Source: an uncultured delta proteobacterium (lineage in GTDB: Bacteria; Desulfobacterota; Desulfobacteria; Desulfobacterales; Desulfatirhabdiaceae). From it: a DNA stretch of 64,000 bases. Below are positions 1 through 10,005 of the stretch, one piece after another (within the stretch, counting starts at the first letter, position 1; the number at the start of each line of letters is the position of its first letter). Made by a program: the position numbers and the translations under genes. Under the pieces are notes generated by a model. That model saw only the letters and a list, made by a program, of their open reading frames with translations. It did not search any database and was not told where the DNA came from. The stretch is from contig CAWBKP010000011.1 in the NCBI GenBank assembly GCA_963789395.1, forward strand, positions 64,001 through 128,000, written 5' to 3'.

Positions 1-1799
1 CGCGATACCGGCATCGGTATGACCGGGGAGCAGGTGTCGCGCCTGTTCACCCCTTTCACCCAGGCAGACTCCTCAATCACCCGCAAGTATGGCGGCACCG
101 GGTTGGGTCTTACCATCAGTCAGCGGATCGTGGAGATGATGGGCGGACGGATCTGGGTAGAGAGCACACCGGGAGTCGGCAGTACGTTCTTCTTTACGGC
201 CATTTTCGATATCGGCTTGGATGAAAGCCGGCTCTGCCACCTTCCTCCGGCGGATCTAAAGGGTATTAAAGCGCTGGTTGTGGATGATAACCCGACATCC
301 CGGGAAATTTTCCAGAAGATGCTGGAGTCTTTCACTTTCAAAGTCACCCTGGCCGCATCCGGAGAAGAAGGGCTTAACGAAATTGAAAAGTCCATCGGAA
401 AGAGACCGTTCGACATCGTGGTCATGGATTGGAAAATGCCGGGAATTGACGGTTTCGAGGCCGCAAGACGGATTAAACAGGATTCCCGGCTGACCAGGGT
501 CCCCATCATTGTACTGGTCAGCGCCTACGGACGAGAAGAACTCATGTGGCGGGCAGAGGCGGCCGGACTTGACGGCTTTTTGATCAAACCGATAAGTCCA
601 TCGGTGATGTTTGATACCATCATACAGGCACTGACAAAAGACACCTCCAGGGAATCCAGACCTTTTGATCGGAAAGTTCCGGCTTTGGATAGGTTGATGG
701 GTCTTGAAGGCACCCGTGTTCTGATCGTTGAAGACAACGATCTCAACCAGCAGGTCGCTATGGAAATCCTTGCCGGTGCGGGAATGATCGTGTCCCTGGC
801 CGGCAACGGGCAGGAAGCCCTGGATGCGGTGCAGGCCAATCACTACGATGCCATCCTGATGGATGTCCAGATGCCGGTAATGGACGGCTACACCGCCACG
901 CGGCTCATTCGCCGTGATTCTCGGTTCAGGGATCTGCCCATTATCGCAATGACCGCACATGCCATGGCCGGCGACCAGGAGAAGAGCGCCGCAGCCGGCA
1001 TGAACGATCATATCACCAAGCCCATTGATCCGGAACAGCTTTATGCCGTCCTGGCACGATGGATTTCAGCCTCCCCTGCCCCGGCCGGAGGAAAAGCCCG
1101 CCTAAGATGCTTCCGCAGGGTGCCGATGGAAAAGCCCCAGAAGATTCCGCCCCGACATCAGTGGAAGAAAAGCCGTTTCCGGATGCCCTGGAGGGGTTTG
1201 ACCTTGTGGATGGGCTTAAGCGCCTGCAGGGAAACAAAGCCCTCTACCGCAAGCTGTTGACGGGGTTTGCCGCCCGGTACGCTGAGTCAGCCGGCGAGAT
1301 CCGCCAGGCGCTGGATGCCGGGAACTATCGAAAGGCCCATGGCATGATTCATGACATCAAGGGACTGGCCGGCAACCTGGGAGCACTTTCCCTTCAGGCA
1401 GCGGCCGCGGAACTGGAAAAGCTCATCAAGCCCGCGGACGAAAAGAACCCGCCTCCCCCGGATGCCTTAAAGAGCGCATTCGCCGCCTTTGAAACGCGGA
1501 TGGATCTGGCCGTACGATCCTCCCAAATCATGAAACCCCTGTCAGCCAAACCAAGCCCCGCACCAACGGTTGAATCAACAGGGGAACTGCCGCCGGATCT
1601 GGCCAGAGAGGCCGCCGGAAAATTGCGAGAAGCCGCCGAAATGGGAGACATATCAGCACTGACAGCTATCGCCGAAGAGATGGCCTCCCGCTCAAAGCTC
1701 TTTGCCCCCTATCTGCTCAGAATTGCTCAACTGATCGACGATTTTGACTTTGATGGCATCCTCGGACTGGCCGATGATCTGAATAAAACGCAGAGGTGA
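1..1799 (+). CDS. Hybrid sensor histidine kinase/response regulator, 3' part (HATPase-REC-REC-Hpt); 5' truncated by window; one frameshift near 1100
   Basis: RDTGIGM and [10 protein letters not shown]-boxes; two receiver domains (VVDDN...MDWKMP; IVEDN...MDVQMP); Hpt motif [12 protein letters not shown] in ORF 1059..1799. Confidence 0.9.
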
Positions 1800-1835
1800 A
1801 TGTGAACGCTGCACCTCAACTCGTGAAGGATTGTC

Positions 1836-2633
1836 ATGTGGTTAAACGCATCCTGCTTTCTTGAATTCCAAATTCCGGTTCCAACTCCGTTTTTACTCAT
1901 GCTGCGCCCCCGGAGTGGTCGGCAGCAGTGGATCGCACGTGAAGAGTACGTGTTGTCACCCAGCGTAACGGCGGTCGAGTTTACAGACTCGTTCGGCAAC
2001 CTGTGTCAACGGCTGGTTGCACCAGCCGGGCATTTTTCACTGCGCACATCCGTTGATGTCGAAACCGCGGACGCATCCGACACGGCCCCAGGGGTGCCGT
2101 TTGTCGAAGTGCAGCAGTTGCCCGATGAGACCCTGCCTTTCCTGTATCCAAGCAGGTATTGTGAATCGGACCATTTCACTAAAATGGCTGCGTCGCTCGC
2201 AACCGGCCGGTCCCCCGGCTACGATCAATGCAATGCCATTGTTGATTATATCCGCAACTCGATACAGTACACACCAGGCGTCGGACAGCAGATCATCAGT
2301 GCCTCCGAGCTAAATCAGTTGGGAAGCGGAGTATGCCGGGACATGGCCCATTTGGGTATCGCTTGTTGCCGAGCACTATCGATACCTGCTCGCATGGTAG
2401 TGGGCTACCTTGAAGCACTTGAACCGATGGATTTACACGCTTGGTTCGAGGCCTATGTTGGAAATCGGTGGTACACATTCGATCCGACTCAAGCCGATCT
2501 GCAAGGAGGTCGTATTGCAATTGCTTTTGGTCGCGACGCGGCCGACGTTGCCATCTACACACAATTCGGCGACCCGGTGGAACTGCTAAATATGAACGTC
2601 AAAGTCGTACGAATGCCTGGACAGACATACTGA
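1836..2633 (+). CDS. Transglutaminase-like family protein
   Basis: GVCRDMAH...HAWFEAY...FDPT Cys-His-Asp triad motifs. Confidence 0.9.
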   Translation: MWLNASCFLEFQIPVPTPFLLMLRPRSGRQQWIAREEYVLSPSVTAVEFTDSFGNLCQRLVAPAGHFSLRTSVDVETADASDTAPGVPFVEVQQLPDETLPFLYPSRYCESDHFTKMAASLATGRSPGYDQCNAIVDYIRNSIQYTPGVGQQIISASELNQLGSGVCRDMAHLGIACCRALSIPARMVVGYLEALEPMDLHAWFEAYVGNRWYTFDPTQADLQGGRIAIAFGRDAADVAIYTQFGDPVELLNMNVKVVRMPGQTY

Positions 2634-2659
2634 GGCAGGACATAGCAGCACCTTCAATC

Positions 2660-2721
2660 GGCGAACAATACTTTTTCAGCGGAGCGCAAAAAGCCTCGCC
2701 TGCTGAAAAGAGACGTTCGCG
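2660..2721 (+). repeat. attC-like integron cassette recombination site 1
   Basis: GGCGAAC (2660-2666) ... GTTCGCG (2715-2721); inner arms CTTTTTCAGC / GCTGAAAAG pair with one extra base; 26 bp after a stop codon. Confidence 0.7.
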
Positions 2722-2735
2722 GCTGCAAATTGATA

Positions 2736-2776
2736 TTGACCTTGCCCATACAATGTATTACTATTACCAGTAATAC
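2736..2776 (+). promoter_or_regulatory. sigma70-type promoter of the TA module with overlapping inverted-repeat operator
   Basis: TTGACC (2736-2741)-17 bp-TACTAT (2759-2764); inverted repeat GTATTACT (2755-2762)/AGTAATAC (2769-2776); GGAGG RBS follows. Confidence 0.65.
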
Positions 2777-2796
2777 TAATTACCGGAGGTCAAATT

Positions 2797-3024
2797 ATGA
2801 GAGTAACCACAAAAGGTCAAGTTACAATTCCCCAGCACATTCGCGAAAAATTGGGAATTACCCCAGCAACAGAAGTTGATTTTGTCGAACAGGAAGGCCG
2901 CGTATTTTTAGTGAAACAAAAAGGGAAAAAAGCTGTGACCCGCAAGTTTGCAAAATTGCGTGGCATTGCAACCGTCAAAATGACGACAGATGAGATTATG
3001 GCATTAACGAGGGCGGATAGATGA
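2797..3024 (+). CDS. AbrB/MazE/SpoVT-family antitoxin
   Basis: MRVTTKGQVTIP...IREKLGI swapped-hairpin signature; ATGA overlap with PIN gene. Confidence 0.9.
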   Translation: MRVTTKGQVTIPQHIREKLGITPATEVDFVEQEGRVFLVKQKGKKAVTRKFAKLRGIATVKMTTDEIMALTRADR

Positions 3025-3428
3025 AGGGCCTTCTTGTTGACTCAAACGTTATTTTAGACCTTTTCCTTGATGATCCTAATTGGGCTGATTGGTCTGAATC
3101 TGCATTGGGAAATTATAGTGTTTACACAACGCTCTATATTAACCCAATTGTCTACACTGAAGTCTCTGTCGGTTTTGAAAAAATAGAGGAATTGGAGTCA
3201 GCTCTATATAAAGGCGGATTCCAGATGTTGGAAATTCCAAAAGAAGCGCTTTTCCTGGCCGGCAAAGCCTTCTTAAAATACAGAAGGAGCAAAGGTGCCA
3301 AGAATTCCCCCTTACCAGACTTTTTTATCGGTGCGCAGGCTGCTGTATTAGATCTTGAATTGATTACCCGAGATAAAAAAAGATACCAGATCTATTTCCC
3401 AACGGTCAAAATTATTTCTCCAGAATAA
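3021..3428 (+). CDS. vapC: PIN-domain (VapC-type) toxin
   Basis: LLVDSNVILD, YTE, LPDFFIGAQA, LITRD acidic PIN motifs; 135 aa. Confidence 0.9.
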   Translation: MKGLLVDSNVILDLFLDDPNWADWSESALGNYSVYTTLYINPIVYTEVSVGFEKIEELESALYKGGFQMLEIPKEALFLAGKAFLKYRRSKGAKNSPLPDFFIGAQAAVLDLELITRDKKRYQIYFPTVKIISPE

Positions 3429-3438
3429 AAGGGTGTTC

Positions 3439-3498
3439 ATCGAATATTTGCTTTCACTGAGACGGCAAAAACCACCGCGCGCGAAGCTGCCGTTAGCT
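3439..3498 (+). repeat. attC-like site 2 (degenerate)
   Basis: ATCGAAT ... GTTAGCT ends; inner GCTTTCAC / GCGAAGC imperfect arms; A-rich loop as in site 1; 10 bp after toxin stop. Confidence 0.55.
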
Positions 3499-3707
3499 TT
3501 CCTTACTTTTCGCATGACCAGTTTTTCCACCATTTTCCGCACTCGCATCAAAATGCTTGCACATTCTCAAAAAAATGACCATTGAGCATCATCCTTTCCG
3601 ACTTAGAAACCAGTAAATTGGGAACAATCGAGACACTCTATGGCGTCTATCAGTGGTAAGGTTACGGTGTTCGGTGGGGCCCAGATGTTTCTTTTCGGTG
3701 ACAACAT

Positions 3708-4769
3708 ATGATGAAATTGAGTGATATGGGTTTCGACCAATGGTTTCAATCGCATGCCAGTGACTTGCGTCAAGAGGGCCGGGACATTGCGCGTATATCG
3801 GCAGTTGACCGCGGCGCATACCTCATCAGAAATCAAACCAGGGAAGTCCCGGCTGAACTCGCCGGGAAGTTCTATTTCCAGGTAGAATCTTCGATTGACC
3901 TGCCGTGTGTCGGCGATTGGGTGACAGTGCAATATCACAACAACGACGCTGCAGCAATTATTCATGAGGTGTTTCCGAGAAAGACCTTTCTACGCCGAAA
4001 ATCCGCCGGTGAAAAGGTGGATTTCCAGATGATTGCGGCCAACATTGACGTCGCTTTCATTGTCCAGTCGTGCCACTTCGACTTCAACGTGCGGAGAATG
4101 GATCGGTACTTGGTGATGGCAGCAGACGGGGGTGTTGAACCGATTGTTGTTCTTACCAAGACGGATTTGATCGCCCCTGAAGAACTGGAACAGAAGCTTG
4201 CCGCCATTACGTCGAGCACCATTACAGCCAGGGTCCTTGCCCTCAGCAATATCACGGGTATCGGGTTTGACGAATTCCAGCAGGTGTTAGTCTCGGGAAG
4301 AACATATTGTCTGCTCGGTTCATCGGGGGTTGGCAAAACAACACTCCTCAACCGCCTGATCGGGCAGGACGCTTTTGACACAAAGGCCGTTAGTGGAACG
4401 GGAGAAGGCATGCATACGACTTCGCGCCGCCAGCTTATTGTTCTTAATCAAGGTTCCATGTTGATTGATACGCCTGGAATGCGAGAACTGGGCCTTGTCG
4501 GTGTGAGCGAAGGGGTCAACCAAGGCTTTGAAGACATCGTCCAGCTTTCCCTGAATTGCCGCTATCCGAATTGTGGCCACACGCAGGAACCCGGCTGTGC
4601 GGTCCGAGCCGCAGTCACAAGCGGCACATTGACTGAAGATCGCTATTCCAGCTATATAAAGCTTAAGAAGGAGTCGGAGTACCATGAGCTGTCGCACATA
4701 GACAAACGGAAAAAGGATAGAGCATTCGGACACTTGATCAAATCTGCAAAGAAACAAATGAAGGTCTGA
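3708..4769 (+). CDS. rsgA: Ribosome small subunit-dependent GTPase A (RsgA/YjeQ family)
   Basis: Circularly permuted GTPase: TKTD (G4), GSSGVGKT (G1), HTT, DTPG (G3); C-terminal CRYPNCGHTQEPGC zinc site. Confidence 0.92.
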   Translation: MMKLSDMGFDQWFQSHASDLRQEGRDIARISAVDRGAYLIRNQTREVPAELAGKFYFQVESSIDLPCVGDWVTVQYHNNDAAAIIHEVFPRKTFLRRKSAGEKVDFQMIAANIDVAFIVQSCHFDFNVRRMDRYLVMAADGGVEPIVVLTKTDLIAPEELEQKLAAITSSTITARVLALSNITGIGFDEFQQVLVSGRTYCLLGSSGVGKTTLLNRLIGQDAFDTKAVSGTGEGMHTTSRRQLIVLNQGSMLIDTPGMRELGLVGVSEGVNQGFEDIVQLSLNCRYPNCGHTQEPGCAVRAAVTSGTLTEDRYSSYIKLKKESEYHELSHIDKRKKDRAFGHLIKSAKKQMKV

Positions 4770-4776
4770 AATGGGC

Positions 4777-4833
4777 GCCGAATTATTTAATGGAGCCGAC
4801 TTTCTACAGCCGCGGCTCATCACGGCGTTGACA
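4777..4833 (+). repeat. attC-like site 3
   Basis: GCCGAAT ... GTTGACA; ATG(G)AGCCG(A)C pairs with GCGGCTCAT leaving two extrahelical bases, the attC hallmark; 7 bp after rsgA stop. Confidence 0.7.
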
Positions 4834-4883
4834 TCATGACAACATTTAAGAAGAGTAAAAATATTGTAGCAGCTAAACTGAAA

Positions 4884-6841
4884 CTTGGATTTCGCTTGTT
4901 ACGATTTCGGGTTAGCTTATTTATGCTGCCTAATCAGTGATCACAGAGCTCTTGAATAAATATGTTAAGATATCAATAAGATATAACATGCTAAAATAAT
5001 TGAAAATAAAACTAGACTTTTTTGATAAACTAGTATATGAAGCCATATCAATAACTTATTGGAGGCTTCATCATGAAAGCGATACCACTACCACCGGTAG
5101 AAACTCAGGCCATCGGATTCGCCCCAATTCTGAAGTTCTTTTTTGAAGAATCGGGCGTACAAACAATTATCGACCAACACGTTCCACTTGACCCCCGAAG
5201 AAAAATATTGACCCATGGTCAGGCTTCGGTAGCCATGGTTACCGCCGTATTATGTCAGGTGTTCCAAATGTATCGACTATGTCAGTTTGCCGAAAAATCA
5301 CAGATTCTCAATATCATCTTCCCCGATATTGCGTCCAAAGAGTATTTCGATGACAGACTGGCTGATACCCTGGATGCAATATACGATTATGGTATCGGAA
5401 ACCTTGAAATGCTCATCACCCGGCACATGATCAATCATTTTGATATTCGAACCACCGTTGCCCATAATGATACCACATCGGCATCAACGTTTGGAAACTG
5501 CGATAAGCATCCGGGTGAGGGCATCACGATCACCTATGGTTACAGCAAAAAGCATCGCCAAGACCTCAAACAATTTGTCTGGTCATTGTCTGTCAGCAAC
5601 GATGCAGCCTTTCCCTTGTACCAACAAGCTTACAGCGGAAACACCGCCGATGTGAGCACTTATGTGGAACAATGGCAGCATCTGATTGATCTTCTGGATG
5701 ACCGCGGTTTTCTGTATGTGGGTGACTGCAAACTGGCATCTATCGATAACATGGCCCACATCCATGACAATCAGGGGTTCTTTCTGACACCAGCGCCCAT
5801 GTATTCAACTTATGAAAAGGTTTTTGAAAATGCGCTGCAAAATCACACCGAGGAAACACTCATACCTTACAAGGAGCGTTTCAACCGGGGTTTTGAGACT
5901 CCATTGACGATTGCTCATAATGACAAAGAGTATCCGTTTCGAATGATCATTCTTTTTGATCACGGTCTTTGCTTCCGAACCCGGCAAACGCTCAATCGAC
6001 ATGTTGAAAAGACCCGAAAGCAGTTCGATGACCTGGTGCTAAAACTGGGCACCTATCATCTGAAAACCCATGAAGGCATCGAAAAAGCCTGCCAAGGCAT
6101 TCTGAGGAAAAACAAATCTCAGAACTTTTTCGAATTTGAAATCCACAACGAGCCTGTCATCACCTTCAAAAACAAACGCCGAGGCCGGGCTTCAAAAAAT
6201 GGAGATGAAAAAGTTGCCGTCACAACGAATCATTTCTCTGTCAAGCTGATCTTCCATCAAGAGCACTTCGATAAGGCGCTTGGGCGATGCGGTTATTATC
6301 CGCTGATTACCAACAAAAACGACATCTCAATAGAAGAAGCCATGCAGTTTCACAAAGACCAGTACAAAAATGAGCACACCAATCGCAGAGCCAAAAGCAG
6401 CTTGAATCTTGAACCAATTTATCTGCAAACACCCAAAAGAATTGAAGCCTTGCTCTTTTTGTTTAAGATTGCTCTGCAAGTGGCGGTACTGATCGAACGC
6501 AGTGCTCGAGAAAAGATAAAATCCAGAGACAAAGGCCTCGATAATTTCATGCCCAACCGTAAAAACGTAAAAAATCCAACCACAGAAAATCTTCTGGCCG
6601 AGTTCAAGGATATTGTCAAAGGAATCATCGAACTGCCTTCGGGAGAAACATTCGGGTTTATATCCAAACTGACGGATATCCAAAAAGACATCCTGGCGGT
6701 TTTGGGTATCCCCCAAAATTATTTCAACTACGCCTTTCTGTTTAATTCAACCTGATGGCAAATTGAAACTGGCAAGAGTTGGCAACCGAACTCAGGTTGC
6801 AGAAAATAAAAATTTTCAAAAATCAAAGAGCGAAATCCAAG
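4884..6841 (+). mobile_element. IS1634-family insertion sequence (1958 bp)
   Basis: Perfect 13-bp terminal IRs CTTGGATTTCGCT (4884-4896)/AGCGAAATCCAAG (6829-6841); 6-bp target duplication CTGAAA (4878-4883, 6842-6847). Confidence 0.9.
5073..6755 (+). CDS. IS1634-family DDE transposase
   Basis: HNDTTS, YGYSKKHRQDLKQ, GNTAD, VGDCKL, YKNEHTNR...PIYL motifs; 560 aa, intact. Confidence 0.9.
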   Translation: MKAIPLPPVETQAIGFAPILKFFFEESGVQTIIDQHVPLDPRRKILTHGQASVAMVTAVLCQVFQMYRLCQFAEKSQILNIIFPDIASKEYFDDRLADTLDAIYDYGIGNLEMLITRHMINHFDIRTTVAHNDTTSASTFGNCDKHPGEGITITYGYSKKHRQDLKQFVWSLSVSNDAAFPLYQQAYSGNTADVSTYVEQWQHLIDLLDDRGFLYVGDCKLASIDNMAHIHDNQGFFLTPAPMYSTYEKVFENALQNHTEETLIPYKERFNRGFETPLTIAHNDKEYPFRMIILFDHGLCFRTRQTLNRHVEKTRKQFDDLVLKLGTYHLKTHEGIEKACQGILRKNKSQNFFEFEIHNEPVITFKNKRRGRASKNGDEKVAVTTNHFSVKLIFHQEHFDKALGRCGYYPLITNKNDISIEEAMQFHKDQYKNEHTNRRAKSSLNLEPIYLQTPKRIEALLFLFKIALQVAVLIERSAREKIKSRDKGLDNFMPNRKNVKNPTTENLLAEFKDIVKGIIELPSGETFGFISKLTDIQKDILAVLGIPQNYFNYAFLFNST

Positions 6842-6860
6842 CTGAAACGGAATATCGGAA

Positions 6861-7484
6861 ATGACCGATTTTATCACTACCGGAATCGTATTGGGTTTAT
6901 CTGCTGGCTTAGCTCCCGGCCCGCTGCTGACTCTTGTAATTTCCGAAACTCTCCGACATGACATAAGGGCCGGTATCAGAGTCGCTGTTTCGCCGATTTT
7001 CACCGATCTGCCGATAATCATTCTGACTCTGGCTGTTCTTTCACAATTGTCCGGTTTTCACAATATACTCGGAATTATCTCGCTGATCGGAGGCTGTGTG
7101 ATATTATTCATGGGGTATGAAAGCATGAATCCGAAAAGTTCCGAATCCGATCTTTCGGAAACAGAACCGAAATCCTTGATAAAAGGAATATTGGCAAATG
7201 CTCTCAGCCCACACCCTTATCTCTTCTGGTTCAGTGTCGGCGGTCCAATCATGAACAGAGCAATGAATCTGAACATGGCTGCCCCTTTCGCTTTTATCGC
7301 CAGTTTTTACATTTTGCTGATCGGCTCAAAAATTTTACTGGCTGTATTGGTCGGCAAATCAAAATCTTTTCTGAACGGCTCTTTGTATTTATACTCAATG
7401 CGTTTATTGGGTCTGGCATTATGCATTCTGTCACTTCTGCTTTTCCGAGATGGCTTGAAATTATTGGAAATAATAATTTTCTGA
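6861..7484 (+). CDS. LysE-family transporter
   Basis: GLAPGP N-terminal motif, NALSPHPYLFW, about six hydrophobic segments, 207 aa. Confidence 0.88.
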   Translation: MTDFITTGIVLGLSAGLAPGPLLTLVISETLRHDIRAGIRVAVSPIFTDLPIIILTLAVLSQLSGFHNILGIISLIGGCVILFMGYESMNPKSSESDLSETEPKSLIKGILANALSPHPYLFWFSVGGPIMNRAMNLNMAAPFAFIASFYILLIGSKILLAVLVGKSKSFLNGSLYLYSMRLLGLALCILSLLLFRDGLKLLEIIIF

Positions 7485-7529
7485 TTTATCAGCGGCAAAC
7501 AGAATATAAACCGGCTATAATGTCGTGAG

Positions 7530-7615
7530 GCGGAACCCGGCGCTGCACTCGGGCACAAAGGGTTCCGGTCGCTGCGATCCCTGCATCCTTAGTGCCGGTG
7601 AGCATAATGTTGTAC
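7530..7615 (+). repeat. attC-like site 4
   Basis: GCGGAAC ... GTTGTAC; GCT(G)CAC(T)CGG(G)CAC arm pairs with GTGCCGGTGAGC with bulged bases. Confidence 0.7.
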
Positions 7616-8004
7616 ATTGAATGAAACTTGAGATAATCGGCCTGAGACAGTTCGACATATTTTTTTTAACTTCAGAGCACTGCTCATCCTAACCATTTCC
7701 ATGGGAGAGGCACCTTATGAAAGCGACAAGACCTGATCGAGGCATTTCGGTACGAGGCGAGCGGTGCGCATTTCGGCAAAATCTGCATCGAAGTGTGAAT
7801 TGATACGCGAGCAGTGTTTTAATGCAGTAAAGAAATGACGAATGGGCCGTATTTTGCCTTAATGATATCATTTTGTGGGGAAAATGGACTTATAAAAAAT
7901 GGCCAACAATAACATTCTGCGGGCAAGCTGCAGCTGTTACTGTCCAAATTTTCAAGTCTTCGGAAATACCAGGCCATTGGTCCTTGTATTGATCGGGGGG
8001 GGAT

Positions 8005-8082
8005 ATGAACGAGTAAGAAACAAGCTACTGAAGCAATTCTGAGGGCACAGGCTGAACTGGAGCAAGCGCTTTGCGAGCTTGA
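8005..8082 (+). pseudogene. 5' fragment of the histidine kinase at 10006, cut off by IS insertion
   Basis: Reads TSKKQATEAILRAQAELEQALCEL and joins in frame to EKMPALDPG once the IS and one CTTGA copy are removed; ATG at 8005 is one base off frame. Confidence 0.7.
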
Positions 8083-9996
8083 CTGATCTTTAACAGCATT
8101 TTTCATTAGCGCGAAATTAAATGCCCGAAATTATGGAATACCGGGCTACTATTTTAGGGAAAATCTCTAAAGTGTGGTGCCAAAAACAATTGATATATTT
8201 CTTGATTAATATGATTATATAGTTTAATAGTGGGGTGTCAAATAAGGAGACTCCCCATGTTCGCCAGAGTTAAAAAAACAGGCCAGTATCAGTACCTGCA
8301 GATCGTCCAGAACCGCAGGGAAGGCAAAAAGACGATTCAGCGGGTTGTCGCAACGCTGGGAAGGCTTGAAGAGCTCCAGCAAAAGGGTGACATTGAAAGC
8401 CTGGTGCGTTCCCTCTCCAGGTTCTCCGAGACCGCCTTGATGATCCTCTCCGGCAAAAGCATTGTCAATGCACAGACAAGCTCGATTGGCCCGGCCTTGA
8501 TCTTCGAGCGCCTGTGGCGGGATCTGAAGATCGGAAGAACCATTGGACGTCTCCTGGAAGGCCGCAAGTTCGAGTTCGATGTCGAACGGGCGATCTTTCT
8601 GACGGTTCTGCACAGGCTCTTTGTTTCGGGCTCGGACCGATGCTGTGACAAGTGGCAGCGGGATCTGGTTGTAAGCGGCAGCGAGGATCTCAAGCTGCAT
8701 CATCTGTACCGGGCCATGAGCTTTCTTGGAGAAGAGATTGCGGATCAGCGGCACTGCTCTGCTTTTACTCCAAGATGCACGAAGGATGTCATCGAAGAAG
8801 ACCTGTTTGCCGCCAGACGGGATCTGTTCACGGGTCTGGACTGTGTCTTCTTTGATACCACTTCCATCTACTTCGAGGGTGAAGGCGGCGAAACCATCGG
8901 AGAGTACGGCCACTCCAAGGATCACCGGCCGGATCTCAAGCAGATGGTGGTGGGAGTTGTCCTTGATGACCAGGGGCACCCGGTGTGCTGTGAGATGTGG
9001 CCGGGCAACACGACCGATGTCAAGTCCCTCATCCCTGTTGTTGAACGGCTTAAAAACCGCTTTCACATCAGGCAGTTCTGTGTCGTGTGTGACCGGGGGA
9101 TGATCAGCAAAGATACCCTTGACTGGCTTGAGCAGAACAAGATCCTCTACATCCTGGGAGCCAGGATGAGAAACAGCAAGGAGGTCAAGGAGGATGTGCT
9201 CTCCCGTGCCGGGCGGTACCGGGAAGTTCGCCCGGAAGGGACATCAAGCAATGACCCTTCTCCGTTGAAGGTCAAAGAGGTCATGGTTGATGGGAGCCGT
9301 TACATCGTATGCCGAAATGAGAAACAGGCAAGAAAAGATGCCTTGATCGCGATGCCATCATCGCTTCTCTTGAAGACAAGCTCAAGTCCGGTCCCAAAGC
9401 CCTTGTGGGCAACAAGGGCTTTCGTAAGTACCTGAAGGCGGAAAAAGACAGCGTATCGATCGACCGGGACAAGATCGATCAGGAGTCCCGCTATGACGGC
9501 AAGTGGGTACTAAAGACCAACACCCGGCTATCCTCTGAAGAGGTGGCGCTGAAGTACAAGGAACTGTGGCAGGTGGAGCAGGTGTTTCGGGATATGAAGT
9601 CAATCCTTGAAACAAGGCCCATCTACCATCAAACCGATGAAGCCATCCGGGGCCATGTCTTCTGCAGCTTCCTTGCCCTGCTTCTTCGCAAGGAGTTGAA
9701 CGCAAGACTTGAGAAAGCCGAACTTGACCTTGAGTGGGCGGATGTCAAGCAGGACCTGGCTGCTCTTCATGATATCACCATCGATGAGAACGGTAAACGG
9801 CTTACCATCCGCAGCGAGTGTCTTGGCTGCTGCGGGAAGGTCTTCAAGGCGGTAGGTGTAGCTATCCCTCCCACTATTCGGGAGAATGTTTAGACTAATA
9901 TTTTGTCAAAGAGCAATTTGTGGTGCCAAGAAACTTTTGAGGTGGCGTATTTACTTGAAATAGCACGAAAATAATTTTTGTGCTGTTAAAGACCAG
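8083..9996 (+). mobile_element. Second, unrelated IS1634-family insertion sequence (1914 bp)
   Basis: 16-bp IRs CTGATCTTTAACAGCA (8083-8098)/TGCTGTTAAAGACCAG (9981-9996), 1 mismatch; 5-bp duplication CTTGA (8078-8082, 9997-10001). Confidence 0.9.
8257..9893 (+). CDS. IS1634-family transposase (frameshift near 9340)
   Basis: FFDTTSIYFEG, GHSKDHRPDLKQ, VCDRGM, YKELWQVEQVFR...RPIYH; AAGGAG RBS before ATG 8257. Confidence 0.9.
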
Positions 9997-10005
9997 CTTG
10001 AGAAG

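Noticed and set aside
3618..3675. Additional attC site (GGGAAC...GTTCGG) before rsgA
   Set aside because: Inner arms do not pair convincingly and no ORF ends just before it.
7689..8000. Short minus-strand ORFs after attC site 4
   Set aside because: No RBS or motif support; likely degraded or non-coding sequence.
4884..9996. Composite transposon carrying lysE between two IS1634 elements
   Set aside because: The two elements have different IRs and each has its own target duplication, so they are independent insertions.
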